Part shown: positions 19,174 through 27,523 of the stretch, in pieces
Layout of the letters: every line of letters begins with the position of its first letter
How positions within the stretch are numbered: the first letter of the stretch is position 1
Source of the DNA: Patescibacteria group bacterium
Lineage (GTDB): Bacteria > Patescibacteriota > Minisyncoccia > Phycocordibacterales > UBA1550
Assembly: GCA_038057125.1 (NCBI GenBank)
Contig: JBBUDU010000001.1
Location: 997-64,996, forward strand
Reading direction: 5' to 3'
Length of the DNA: 64,000 nucleotides
Notes under the pieces: generated by a model
Told to the model about the DNA's origin: nothing
The model's input: only the letters and a program-made list of their open reading frames with translations
The model's database searches: none
Position numbers and translations under genes: made by a program

Positions 19174-19279
19174 GGATTACGGACCATGTGTTAATTGGTT
19201 GGGAATTATCTACAACCTTTCTGTATTCTATATTCCGACATGATACAATGAAAATGCATACTATATGAGGGAGAAAAAA

Positions 19280-19828
19280 TTAAAGACCAAAATGTTTTCG
19301 TGCAACATCCTCGTTCTCTATTTCAGTTGCAGTGATAACAGAAATATACTTTCTCACGCCAAAGCAATCTCCTAAAAAATCTACCTCCTTTTTACAATCA
19401 AATGGTGTGATAAAAACAGATTTTTGATACGAAAAACAGCTCATGTCCCTAAGCATTTTGTTTAATGAACGCCGCGCGCCGACTTTATTTTCTGGGATAT
19501 CAAACATAATTATTCTCCATTTTTTATCCCATTTTTTATGCTCCTTTAATCCGTTCAACTTTAGATTGTTAAGGCGCGCTTCCCTGCGGCCTTTTTCTGT
19601 GAGAGATGCATAAATTTCTCCACCCCTCTGCTCTATTTTTATGAGCCCTCTTTTTTGCAAGGTTCTTGCTGAGCGTCTTATTTTTAATTTTATTTTTCCA
19701 TCCTCGATGTCTACATATTTGAGTAATTGCGCCAGATTTGGCATGGCGAGAATCATAACAAACGCTCCTGTCACGAGTAGGCTTGTGAGAATGACTTGCG
19801 CTACATCCCCTTTGTTGTATTTTTGCAT
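19280..19828 (-). CDS. PaaX-like protein (wHTH plus Cas2-like fold), paralog 1
   Basis: WDKKWRIIMFDIPENKVGARRSLNKMLRDMSCFSYQKSVFITPF matches the PaaX-family core W-G-W-x-V-x-F-x-x-PE...R...L...G...Q-SVF. Hydrophobic N-terminal segment. Paralog of 26838-27374. Confidence 0.55.
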   Translation of the reverse strand: MQKYNKGDVAQVILTSLLVTGAFVMILAMPNLAQLLKYVDIEDGKIKLKIRRSARTLQKRGLIKIEQRGGEIYASLTEKGRREARLNNLKLNGLKEHKKWDKKWRIIMFDIPENKVGARRSLNKMLRDMSCFSYQKSVFITPFDCKKEVDFLGDCFGVRKYISVITATEIENEDVARKHFGL

Positions 19829-19874
19829 GATAATTCTAAACTAGATGATCATATCTATAATAATAACTCCAGTA

Positions 19875-20312
19875 TACCTATTTTGTCCTATCGGTGTAAA
19901 TAGGTATAGTAGGAAAGTTGTGGGTAAGCGAAGGATGCGAGCGAGCCACTTGTGGTGGTTTGTAAATTTGTCGATTGCCCATGTATCCTGTCTACCTATT
20001 TTGTCCTATCGGTGTAAATAGGTATAGTAGGAAAGTTGTGGATAAGTGAAGGCGGGGATAAGGTGGTGTGGCTGAAGTGCTGTCTGAAGGTTTTTTGCGT
20101 GATTCTTTTTACCCTGTGTTTCTACTGACACTCTTCTTTTTTATGTACCTATTTGTTCCTATCGGAGTGAATAGGTACATAGGGGGGAATTAAGAAGAAT
20201 TAGATGTGGTAATTAAGATTAGATGTGGTTATGCGGGATCCTTCCTACCTTATGTTTCTACTGACACTCTTCTTTTTTATGTACCTATTTTGTCCTATCG
20301 GTGTAAATAGGT
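19875..20312. repeat. Four dispersed copies of a 30-nt hairpin core with pairwise-conserved flanks
   Basis: Core ACCTATTTTGTCCTATCGGTGTAAATAGGT at 19875-19904, 19994-20023 and 20283-20312. Variant ACCTATTTGTTCCTATCGGAGTGAATAGGT at 20147-20176. Copies 1 and 2 share a 29-nt 3' flank; copies 3 and 4 share a 36-nt 5' flank. Confidence 0.9.
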
Positions 20313-20582
20313 ACATAAAAGAAAAAAATAAAAAAAGAGGGGAATGAATGGACCCCGCCGCAAGCGGTGAGGAATTCCTCCGATTAAAATAAAAAAAGAG
20401 GGGATTTAAAATGGGTCAGATTGGGTGGGTGAGCAGGCTTCTCTCCCTCACTTGGACGTAGGGTTTCCAAGTTGGGGGATTTTGGCTTCGCCAAAATCCC
20501 CCATGCACTTGTCCACAGTTACCCGCGCCATATGGCGCAATTTTTCTTTTTACATGATACAATAAAAGCACATAGTATATTT

Positions 20583-23500
20583 ATGCGAAACATTTTCCAT
20601 CACTCTACTGCTTTTATAGCAAGGCATAAGCACCATCATCACTTTATTGTCGCTGTTTTGGCGCTCGTAGTTGCGGGCACTGGTGTATATATGTACCGAC
20701 ACGAGCTTGCACAGGCGGCGACATATACATTTACCCAGACAAGCTGGGCTGGGGGAGTTACGACCGCAACATCAACTCATACTTCCAATCAATCAAATTG
20801 GACACAATACTCTGCTACCTCAACAAATATTACAGCAGGAGCTGGCGGCGTGAGCTTGACATCGACAAGCAAAGTTGCGGGGGATGACGGAGTTGCCCTC
20901 TCCGCCCTCGCGACTCCCACTACTGCATCGCTGAATTCAGGGCCTCGGGGTATCACCACAAGCCCCGACGGCACTTCGGTGTATGCGAGGTCATACGACA
21001 CCATTAATATGTACTCCAGGAACACTAGCACCGGCGCCTTGACGGCGCTCGCTACCCCCACCATCGCGGCGGCGGGAGATCCTTTCGGCATCACCGTTTC
21101 CCCCGATGGCATCTCGGTGTACGCTGTGCTTGCTGGGAATGCGTCTGTCGCCATGTACTCCCGCGACACATCCACTGGCGCTTTGACTGCCCTCGGCACA
21201 CCAACTATTGCAACGGAGTCGGATCCCCTTGACATCACTATTTCCCCCGATGGAACATCAGTGTATACGGTGAACAACGCTTCTAGCACAATCTCCATGT
21301 ATTCCCGCGATACTTCCACTGGCGCCTTGACCGCCCTCGGCACCCCCACCATCGCGGCAGGGGATCCAACAGGCATTACCATCTCTCCCGACGGCACCTC
21401 GGTATATGTTGCGAATTACAGTGGAAACACCGTCTCTATGTATTCCCGCAACATGTCCACCGGCGCCCTCACCGCCCTCGCTACCCCCACCATCGCGGCA
21501 GGGTCATATCCATACGGTATCATCATAAGTGCTGACGGTATTTCAGTGTATGCGACGAACAATGGTGGAGACACCGTCTCCATGTACTCCAGAAACACTG
21601 GCACAGGCGCCTTGACCGCCCTCGCCACTCCGACTATCGCGACAGGGACGACACCTATAGGCCTTTTCATTTCACTTGACGGCACCTCGGTATATGTTGC
21701 GAACAACAGTGGAAACACCGTCTCTATGTACTCCAGGAACACTAGCACCGGCGCCTTGACGGCGCTCGCTACCCCCACCATCGCGGCAGGGACGAATCCA
21801 AGAGGCATTACCATCTCGCCCGACGGCACTTCGGTGTATGTGACGAACTACAACTCTGGCACCATCTCAATGTACTCCCGCAGTGCCTATGGTGGCGCGC
21901 TTGGTTTTGCGGCGGGGACATTTGCGAGTACAGAGGTTTCTTTTTGGGCGGGAGCTTCGTCGAGCGTGGGACTAGCACAAACCACAACCAACCTCAATGT
22001 TATACACCAGAGCGGAAATCTCTCCAAAATTACCACATCTGGGACAGTAAGCACGACCTCGGTTGGAGTCACTTATCCTAACGCCCTCATTTTTGGCACC
22101 GACGGCAATCTTTTCGTAGCGAACTCTGGAGGAAACACGATTCGAAAAGTCACCCCCGGAGGGACCGTCACTACTTTTGCAACAGTAGGCGCTGGCCCTA
22201 ACGGCCCTGCCTTTGACGCATCTGGCAATCTCTACACAGCAAACTACGACGATAACACCGTCTCCAAAATCACCCCCGCCGGCGCTGTTACCACTTTTGC
22301 AACAGTAGGCGCTGGCCCTAGATACCTCGCCTTTGACACCACCGGCAATCTCTATACGGCGAACTATTCCTCTAGTACAATCTCTAAAATTACCCCCGCT
22401 GGTGCCACCACCACTTTTGCAACAGTAGGCGCTGGCCCTTACAGCCTTGCTTTTGACGCATCTGGCAATCTCTACACAGCAAACTACGACGCTAACACCG
22501 TCTCCAAAATCACCCCCGCCGGCGCTGTTACCACTTTTGCAACAGGATTTAATTGTCCCAGTTCCTTTGCATTTGATACAGCAGGTACCCTGCTTGTCGG
22601 AAACTATTGCGATGGCGTTATCTCCAAAGTCACCACTGGAGGAGTGACTTCAACATTCGTGACAATAGAGACCAACCCCCGCGCCTCCACTTTTGATAAG
22701 GTGTACGCTTCCTCTGGCACATTTACCTCCGCGGTAATCAATACGGGTGTGGAGTCTTACTTCTCCACGCTTGCATATACAACGACTCTAAACGGTCAAA
22801 CGATTACGGTTGACGCCCGCGCTGGGAATACAGCAACTCCCGATGGCACATGGACTTCATGGCAGACAGGCATCGCAAGCGGTGGAAGCATTTCCGGACT
22901 TTCATACAATAGATACATTCAATACCGTGCGAACTTTTCTACTTCAGATACGGCAGTCACACCTACGCTCAACAGTGTGACCATCAACTACGGCCAGTAC
23001 GCTTTGAGCGGAGACCTTACTTCATCCAAGTATGATACAGAAGCCACAGCAAACCTGATTTCGAATGTTCTTTGGTCTGCATCCAGCACTTCTGCTTCTG
23101 AGACAGTAAGGTTTCAAGTACGATCGTCCTCAGCCGGCACCACATGGACTAACTGGTGCGGACCGGCAACCGCTTGCGACGGCACCGACTATTTTACCGT
23201 AAGCACCGGTGTGTCAGGTGGAATTGTTTCAGGTCACCCACTTCGCTCGGACAGTAATGACAGATTTTTACAATACAAAGCGTTCCTTGCTTCAGCCGGT
23301 GGTGCCACCCCAACACTCACATCGGCTACTGTACAGTATGTGGTAAACGCGCCGCCTGTGATTTCGAACATAACGGCATCACAGGGAAGCACAGGTGCCG
23401 TAACAGTTGGTTACGATTTAGCAGATTCAGATAATGCCATTGGGAACATCGTTGATGTTACCTTGCAATACTGTACGACAAACTGTTCTGCTGGTTCGGA

Positions 23501-26500
23501 AGTCTGGGCGGATGCTGTGACGGTGTCGGGGAGTGTCGGCACTGGAGTAGCTTTGGGGACAGCAAGAAGTATCTCGTGGACAGCTTCCACCGACTACGCG
23601 TCGCAATACAAATCCAACACGCAAAAAATCCGAATCATCGCAGACGATCGCGATGCGGCTAATAACCTTGGATATGGTACTTCTCCGACATTTACTTTAG
23701 ACACGACCGTTCCAGTTATTACCGTTTCTAAACTCGATTCATCAACAGGAGGGAATGCAGTCGGTACTATTTCCTTGACTTCAAACGACGACAGCACGCT
23801 TCAATATAGAATTTGTAATGATAATACATTTCCTTCTTCTGACACACAGGGGAACTCGTGCGCATTTACTACCCTTGCTGCAAGTCCGATTGCAACAACG
23901 ACTATTGCGTGGATTCCCACAGGCGCGCCATCTCACGAATTTGCATATCTTCAAGTCCGCGATGCATACGGTAATGTGACCGCGCAGACTCTCGTTGCTC
24001 CTGCGATGCCGGCAGATTTTTCTTATAATGATGTTTCCAACACTACGACTGGGGTATATCGTGAATTTTTATCATGGGTGCCATTTGTCGCCACCACTTC
24101 ATCTACTTTCGGTTCTTACAAGGTGTACCACTCACTCGATAACTTCGCGACCTCCACTCTTCTCGCAACCATCACCGATTCCTCAGTAAACTATTACCTT
24201 CACACTGTTACAACAGCGACAACTTCACTGCAGTACTACAGAGTGACATCAGTGAACGCTCTTGGAAACGTTTCGAACTTCACAGCCATCATTTCTGATA
24301 TTCCGGATGGAACAGGAGGAGTGGATACAACTCCGCCACACATTCCGATTGCTGGCATCGCCACACCAACAGTAGGAAATTCGTCAGCGAATATTACCTT
24401 TAGCACGTACACCGACACCTCTCTTTCAGTCGGCGAGCTTGCGACATCAACAGTGTTCTACGCTTCATACACAGGGGCTGTTCCTGCTTCGTGCCCAGGT
24501 ACTCCAAAGGTGTCTACGAATACCTACACGGTGAACCACAGCGTTTATCTTACTGGGCTTACACCGTCAACGCAGTATTACTATTGTGTCGTCGCAAGAG
24601 ATATTTCTGGCAATGTGAGCGCGGCAACGACAGCTGTCGGCGGAACATTCACCACCGTGAGCGGACCACTCATTACCAATGTCACCGAGCGCGAAATTAC
24701 CGACATCTCTGCGCTCATTTTTTGGAATACAAACACAAGCTCTGATTCAAAAGTATATTTTTCTGCCACATCGGCTGGGGTAAATGGCGCAACTCCGGTT
24801 AATGGATCTGTGGTTACTGTGGCCGGATCCGATGGCGCATACCAACACCAAATAGGGCTCACTGGTTTGAGCGCAGGACAGACATATTATTATAAAGTTA
24901 CTTCTACTGATACTGCTGGCACCCCCATCACCACGACGAACGACAACAATGGGCAGTACTATAGTTTTGTAACCCTTCGTGACACTACCCCGCCGACTGT
25001 TTCCGGCATTGCCACACCTGTACTCTCCTCAAATGCCGCGGTTATTATTTGGCAGACAAATGAACCTTCAACTACTCAAGTGTTGTGGGGAACCGCGTCT
25101 AGCACTTATACGCGCAATACTGTTATCGACACAACAAAATCTATTTACCACATTGTGACTTTGAGCAGTGGAACATTGGACACTGGATCAGTATCGCAAG
25201 TGCTTACACCTGAAACCACTTATTATTTTGTGGTGAGATCTGCCGATGATGCTGGGAACTTGACCACTTCATCGCAAAGCACGCTTACGACTCCGGCAAC
25301 AGGAAGTGTAACCATAACGACTATTAATGTAGTAAGTAGCGCAAGCTCTGGTTCGGATACAAAAGACACGACCGTTCCGATAATTTCTAATATAAAAGTA
25401 TCTGACATTACACCATTTGCCGCCGTGGTGAAGTTTGATACGGATGAGGATACTGTGGGGTTTGTCGAGTATGGTGCCGCTACTACATACGGCGAGACAG
25501 CGGGCGACAAAACCATGGCAAGATCTCACACCGTAAGACTTCGCGGTCTTACTCTCGGTACCGAATACCACATCAAGGCGACTGCGGTTGATAAGTCCGG
25601 CAATGCCGGCACATCCGGAGACCAAACATTCAAGACCACATTCCTTTCAGAAAACCTGAAAGACATCGCAAACATCGAGAACATTGAAGCCTTCCAGAAA
25701 GAAATTGAAGCCGCCATTGAATCAATTCTCCCATCACTCGTACCGCCGTTTGTTTCAAAGCCGCAGGTCTTGGACATCACGGAAAACTCTGCAACCATTA
25801 CATTCAAAACAAACATCAAAGCATTCCCTGTTGTCGTGTACGCGGACGATGGTTCATACGACGAAAAGAAAGACAATCCTTACACTGGTGAAATCTCGGA
25901 CACCGCTAAAAAATCAGCCGAACATAGTCTTAAGCTCACTGGTCTCAAGGGTAATACAAAGTACCATATTCAAGCTCGTGCATTTTCTCTTCCGAGAGTT
26001 ATCGGAAAGTCTGCCGATGTCACTTTCATTACAAAGGCATCAAAGATCGCCGGCTCTATAGTAGAACGCAAAAAGGATTCATTTACTGTAGTGTGGACGA
26101 CGGATCAGCCAACTTCTTCTATCGTTGAATTTAAGAATGTAAGGTCTGGCATCATAGGGCAGAAGACCAATGAAGCGCTTCGCACATCTCACTCTATGAA
26201 GATTGAGAACCTTCCTCCTGGCACTGCGTACATAGTAAACATTTCGGGAAAGACAGAACAGGGAAATATTGCCGAAGCCGGAAGCTCGATTTCCGTTACC
26301 ACATCGCGCGATGTTACACCGCCGGTGATAACAGGATTCAAAGTTGACAATGCGTTAATCCCGGGCCGAACCGACCGCATTCAAACCATCGTTTCGTGGA
26401 CTACAGACGAGCCTTCAAATTCTACCGCTTACTATGAGGAAGGTACTGGCACAAAAGGAGACACGAAAGAGCTCGCGAACAAGAACTCAGAACTCACTTC

Positions 26501-26702
26501 GTATGTCACCAACCACGCAATCATTCTCCCAAGTTTGAAGCCGGGCACCATCTATCGCCTAAAGGTTACTTCGAGCGACGACAGCGGAAATCTCGGTTCC
26601 TTTGGCCCGCGCACTATCATCACTCCTCAACAGACCGCATCCATTACCGACATTATCTTTAAGAACTTCGAAGATTCATTCAAATTCTTGAAGAAGATTT
26701 AA
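20583..26702 (+). CDS. Giant (~2040 aa) membrane-anchored surface protein with beta-propeller and FN3/PAP-N-like repeats
   Basis: Anchor FIVAVLALVVAGTGVYMY. About 8 repeats GITISPDGTSVYVANxxxNTVSMYSRNTSTGALTAL (YVTN/lactonase-like). About 5-6 NHL-like blades GPxxxAFDASGNLYTANYxxNTVSKITPAG. Seven to eight modules of the form TVxWxTxEPSxSxVxYG...HxVxLTGLxPxTxYxY. Start set at ATG 20583; the listed ORF begins at TTG 20472. Confidence 0.8.
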   Translation: MRNIFHHSTAFIARHKHHHHFIVAVLALVVAGTGVYMYRHELAQAATYTFTQTSWAGGVTTATSTHTSNQSNWTQYSATSTNITAGAGGVSLTSTSKVAGDDGVALSALATPTTASLNSGPRGITTSPDGTSVYARSYDTINMYSRNTSTGALTALATPTIAAAGDPFGITVSPDGISVYAVLAGNASVAMYSRDTSTGALTALGTPTIATESDPLDITISPDGTSVYTVNNASSTISMYSRDTSTGALTALGTPTIAAGDPTGITISPDGTSVYVANYSGNTVSMYSRNMSTGALTALATPTIAAGSYPYGIIISADGISVYATNNGGDTVSMYSRNTGTGALTALATPTIATGTTPIGLFISLDGTSVYVANNSGNTVSMYSRNTSTGALTALATPTIAAGTNPRGITISPDGTSVYVTNYNSGTISMYSRSAYGGALGFAAGTFASTEVSFWAGASSSVGLAQTTTNLNVIHQSGNLSKITTSGTVSTTSVGVTYPNALIFGTDGNLFVANSGGNTIRKVTPGGTVTTFATVGAGPNGPAFDASGNLYTANYDDNTVSKITPAGAVTTFATVGAGPRYLAFDTTGNLYTANYSSSTISKITPAGATTTFATVGAGPYSLAFDASGNLYTANYDANTVSKITPAGAVTTFATGFNCPSSFAFDTAGTLLVGNYCDGVISKVTTGGVTSTFVTIETNPRASTFDKVYASSGTFTSAVINTGVESYFSTLAYTTTLNGQTITVDARAGNTATPDGTWTSWQTGIASGGSISGLSYNRYIQYRANFSTSDTAVTPTLNSVTINYGQYALSGDLTSSKYDTEATANLISNVLWSASSTSASETVRFQVRSSSAGTTWTNWCGPATACDGTDYFTVSTGVSGGIVSGHPLRSDSNDRFLQYKAFLASAGGATPTLTSATVQYVVNAPPVISNITASQGSTGAVTVGYDLADSDNAIGNIVDVTLQYCTTNCSAGSEVWADAVTVSGSVGTGVALGTARSISWTASTDYASQYKSNTQKIRIIADDRDAANNLGYGTSPTFTLDTTVPVITVSKLDSSTGGNAVGTISLTSNDDSTLQYRICNDNTFPSSDTQGNSCAFTTLAASPIATTTIAWIPTGAPSHEFAYLQVRDAYGNVTAQTLVAPAMPADFSYNDVSNTTTGVYREFLSWVPFVATTSSTFGSYKVYHSLDNFATSTLLATITDSSVNYYLHTVTTATTSLQYYRVTSVNALGNVSNFTAIISDIPDGTGGVDTTPPHIPIAGIATPTVGNSSANITFSTYTDTSLSVGELATSTVFYASYTGAVPASCPGTPKVSTNTYTVNHSVYLTGLTPSTQYYYCVVARDISGNVSAATTAVGGTFTTVSGPLITNVTEREITDISALIFWNTNTSSDSKVYFSATSAGVNGATPVNGSVVTVAGSDGAYQHQIGLTGLSAGQTYYYKVTSTDTAGTPITTTNDNNGQYYSFVTLRDTTPPTVSGIATPVLSSNAAVIIWQTNEPSTTQVLWGTASSTYTRNTVIDTTKSIYHIVTLSSGTLDTGSVSQVLTPETTYYFVVRSADDAGNLTTSSQSTLTTPATGSVTITTINVVSSASSGSDTKDTTVPIISNIKVSDITPFAAVVKFDTDEDTVGFVEYGAATTYGETAGDKTMARSHTVRLRGLTLGTEYHIKATAVDKSGNAGTSGDQTFKTTFLSENLKDIANIENIEAFQKEIEAAIESILPSLVPPFVSKPQVLDITENSATITFKTNIKAFPVVVYADDGSYDEKKDNPYTGEISDTAKKSAEHSLKLTGLKGNTKYHIQARAFSLPRVIGKSADVTFITKASKIAGSIVERKKDSFTVVWTTDQPTSSIVEFKNVRSGIIGQKTNEALRTSHSMKIENLPPGTAYIVNISGKTEQGNIAEAGSSISVTTSRDVTPPVITGFKVDNALIPGRTDRIQTIVSWTTDEPSNSTAYYEEGTGTKGDTKELANKNSELTSYVTNHAIILPSLKPGTIYRLKVTSSDDSGNLGSFGPRTIITPQQTASITDIIFKNFEDSFKFLKKI

Positions 26703-26733
26703 AAAAAGGGGTGGTAAATAAAGACAGACAGCG

Positions 26734-26775
26734 CTCACTAAAATAAACCGCCATATGGCGGTTTATTTTAGTGAG
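26734..26775 (+). terminator. Terminator-like perfect hairpin after the giant gene
   Basis: CTCACTAAAATAAACCGCCATATGGCGGTTTATTTTAGTGAG. Confidence 0.6.
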
Positions 26776-26793
26776 TTAGTCAAGACAGTACGC

Positions 26794-26837
26794 ACTGTAC
26801 ACGTATAAAAACCTATAGTACTATATACGTGTACAGT
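26794..26837. repeat. Palindromic element abutting the start codon of PaaX-like paralog 2
   Basis: Arms ACTGTACACGTATA / TATACGTGTACAGT around AAAACCTATAGTACTA. About 70 percent identical, in register, to the element at 27387-27436. Confidence 0.85.
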
Positions 26838-27374
26838 ATGAAAAAGTATCAACGCGATGAAATAAAAGAAATAATCCTCTCAACCCTCCTTGTTGCGGGA
26901 GTGATCGCTATCGCTGTTACTATGCCGAATGCGGTGCAACTTTTCAAATACTTCAAACCCAAGAACACATATGATCGCACGCGCATAAAGCAGTCAGTCT
27001 ATCGTCTGGAAAAACAAGGATTTATAAAAAGAAAAGATGCAGGGTATGTTCTTACGGCGAGTGGGACAAAGAAGGCAATCTATTACAAAATAGAATCTAT
27101 GAAGATTGTTCGTCAAAAGGAATGGGATGGTAAATGGCGCATAGTGATGTTTGATGTTCCGGAAGAAAGGAAAATGGCTCGACGCGCAATACACAACGCG
27201 CTCAAAGAACTGGGTTGCGTACAATATCAGAAGTCTGTTTTTGTAACACCTTTTCCGTGCAAAAACGAGGTTGATTTTATAGGAGATTATTTTGGGGTAC
27301 GGGGGAATATTCGAATTATTATTGCAAGTGAGATTGAAGGAGGGAAAATCCTCCGAAATGCCTTTTGCTTGTAA
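26838..27374 (+). CDS. PaaX-like protein (wHTH plus Cas2-like fold), paralog 2
   Basis: WDGKWRIVMFDVPEERKMARRAIHNALKELGCVQYQKSVFVTPF. Collinear similarity to 19280-19828 over its whole length. ATG 26838 preferred over GTG 26829. Confidence 0.55.
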   Translation: MKKYQRDEIKEIILSTLLVAGVIAIAVTMPNAVQLFKYFKPKNTYDRTRIKQSVYRLEKQGFIKRKDAGYVLTASGTKKAIYYKIESMKIVRQKEWDGKWRIVMFDVPEERKMARRAIHNALKELGCVQYQKSVFVTPFPCKNEVDFIGDYFGVRGNIRIIIASEIEGGKILRNAFCL

Positions 27375-27386
27375 CTCAATGTCCTA

Positions 27387-27436
27387 CCCCATGCACACGT
27401 ATAGGAACCTATAGGTTCCTATACGTGTGCATGGGG
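27387..27436. repeat. 50-bp perfect palindrome centred on CTATAG
   Basis: CCCCATGCACACGTATAGGAACCTA|TAGGTTCCTATACGTGTGCATGGGG. Confidence 0.95.
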
Positions 27437-27523
27437 GCATGATTGGTTTGTGGTATGAATGATTGAGGGGATATTGGAGGTTGATTTTTGTGCGCCTACT
27501 AATGTATGGTATTCTGAAGAAAT

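Noticed and set aside
19875-20312. Possible CRISPR array next to a Cas2-like-fold gene
   Set aside because: There are only four repeats. Their conserved units are 58-73 nt and of two different flank types, with irregular spacing of 119-153 nt. There is no cas1 or effector gene, and the adjacent protein fits the PaaX-type regulator pattern rather than Cas2 proper.
20521-26759. Shared CGCCATATGGCG palindrome upstream (20525-20536) and downstream (26749-26760) of the giant gene as terminal inverted repeats
   Set aside because: Only 12 nt are shared. The downstream copy is the loop-proximal part of an ordinary terminator-like hairpin, and no further flanking similarity supports a mobile-element boundary.
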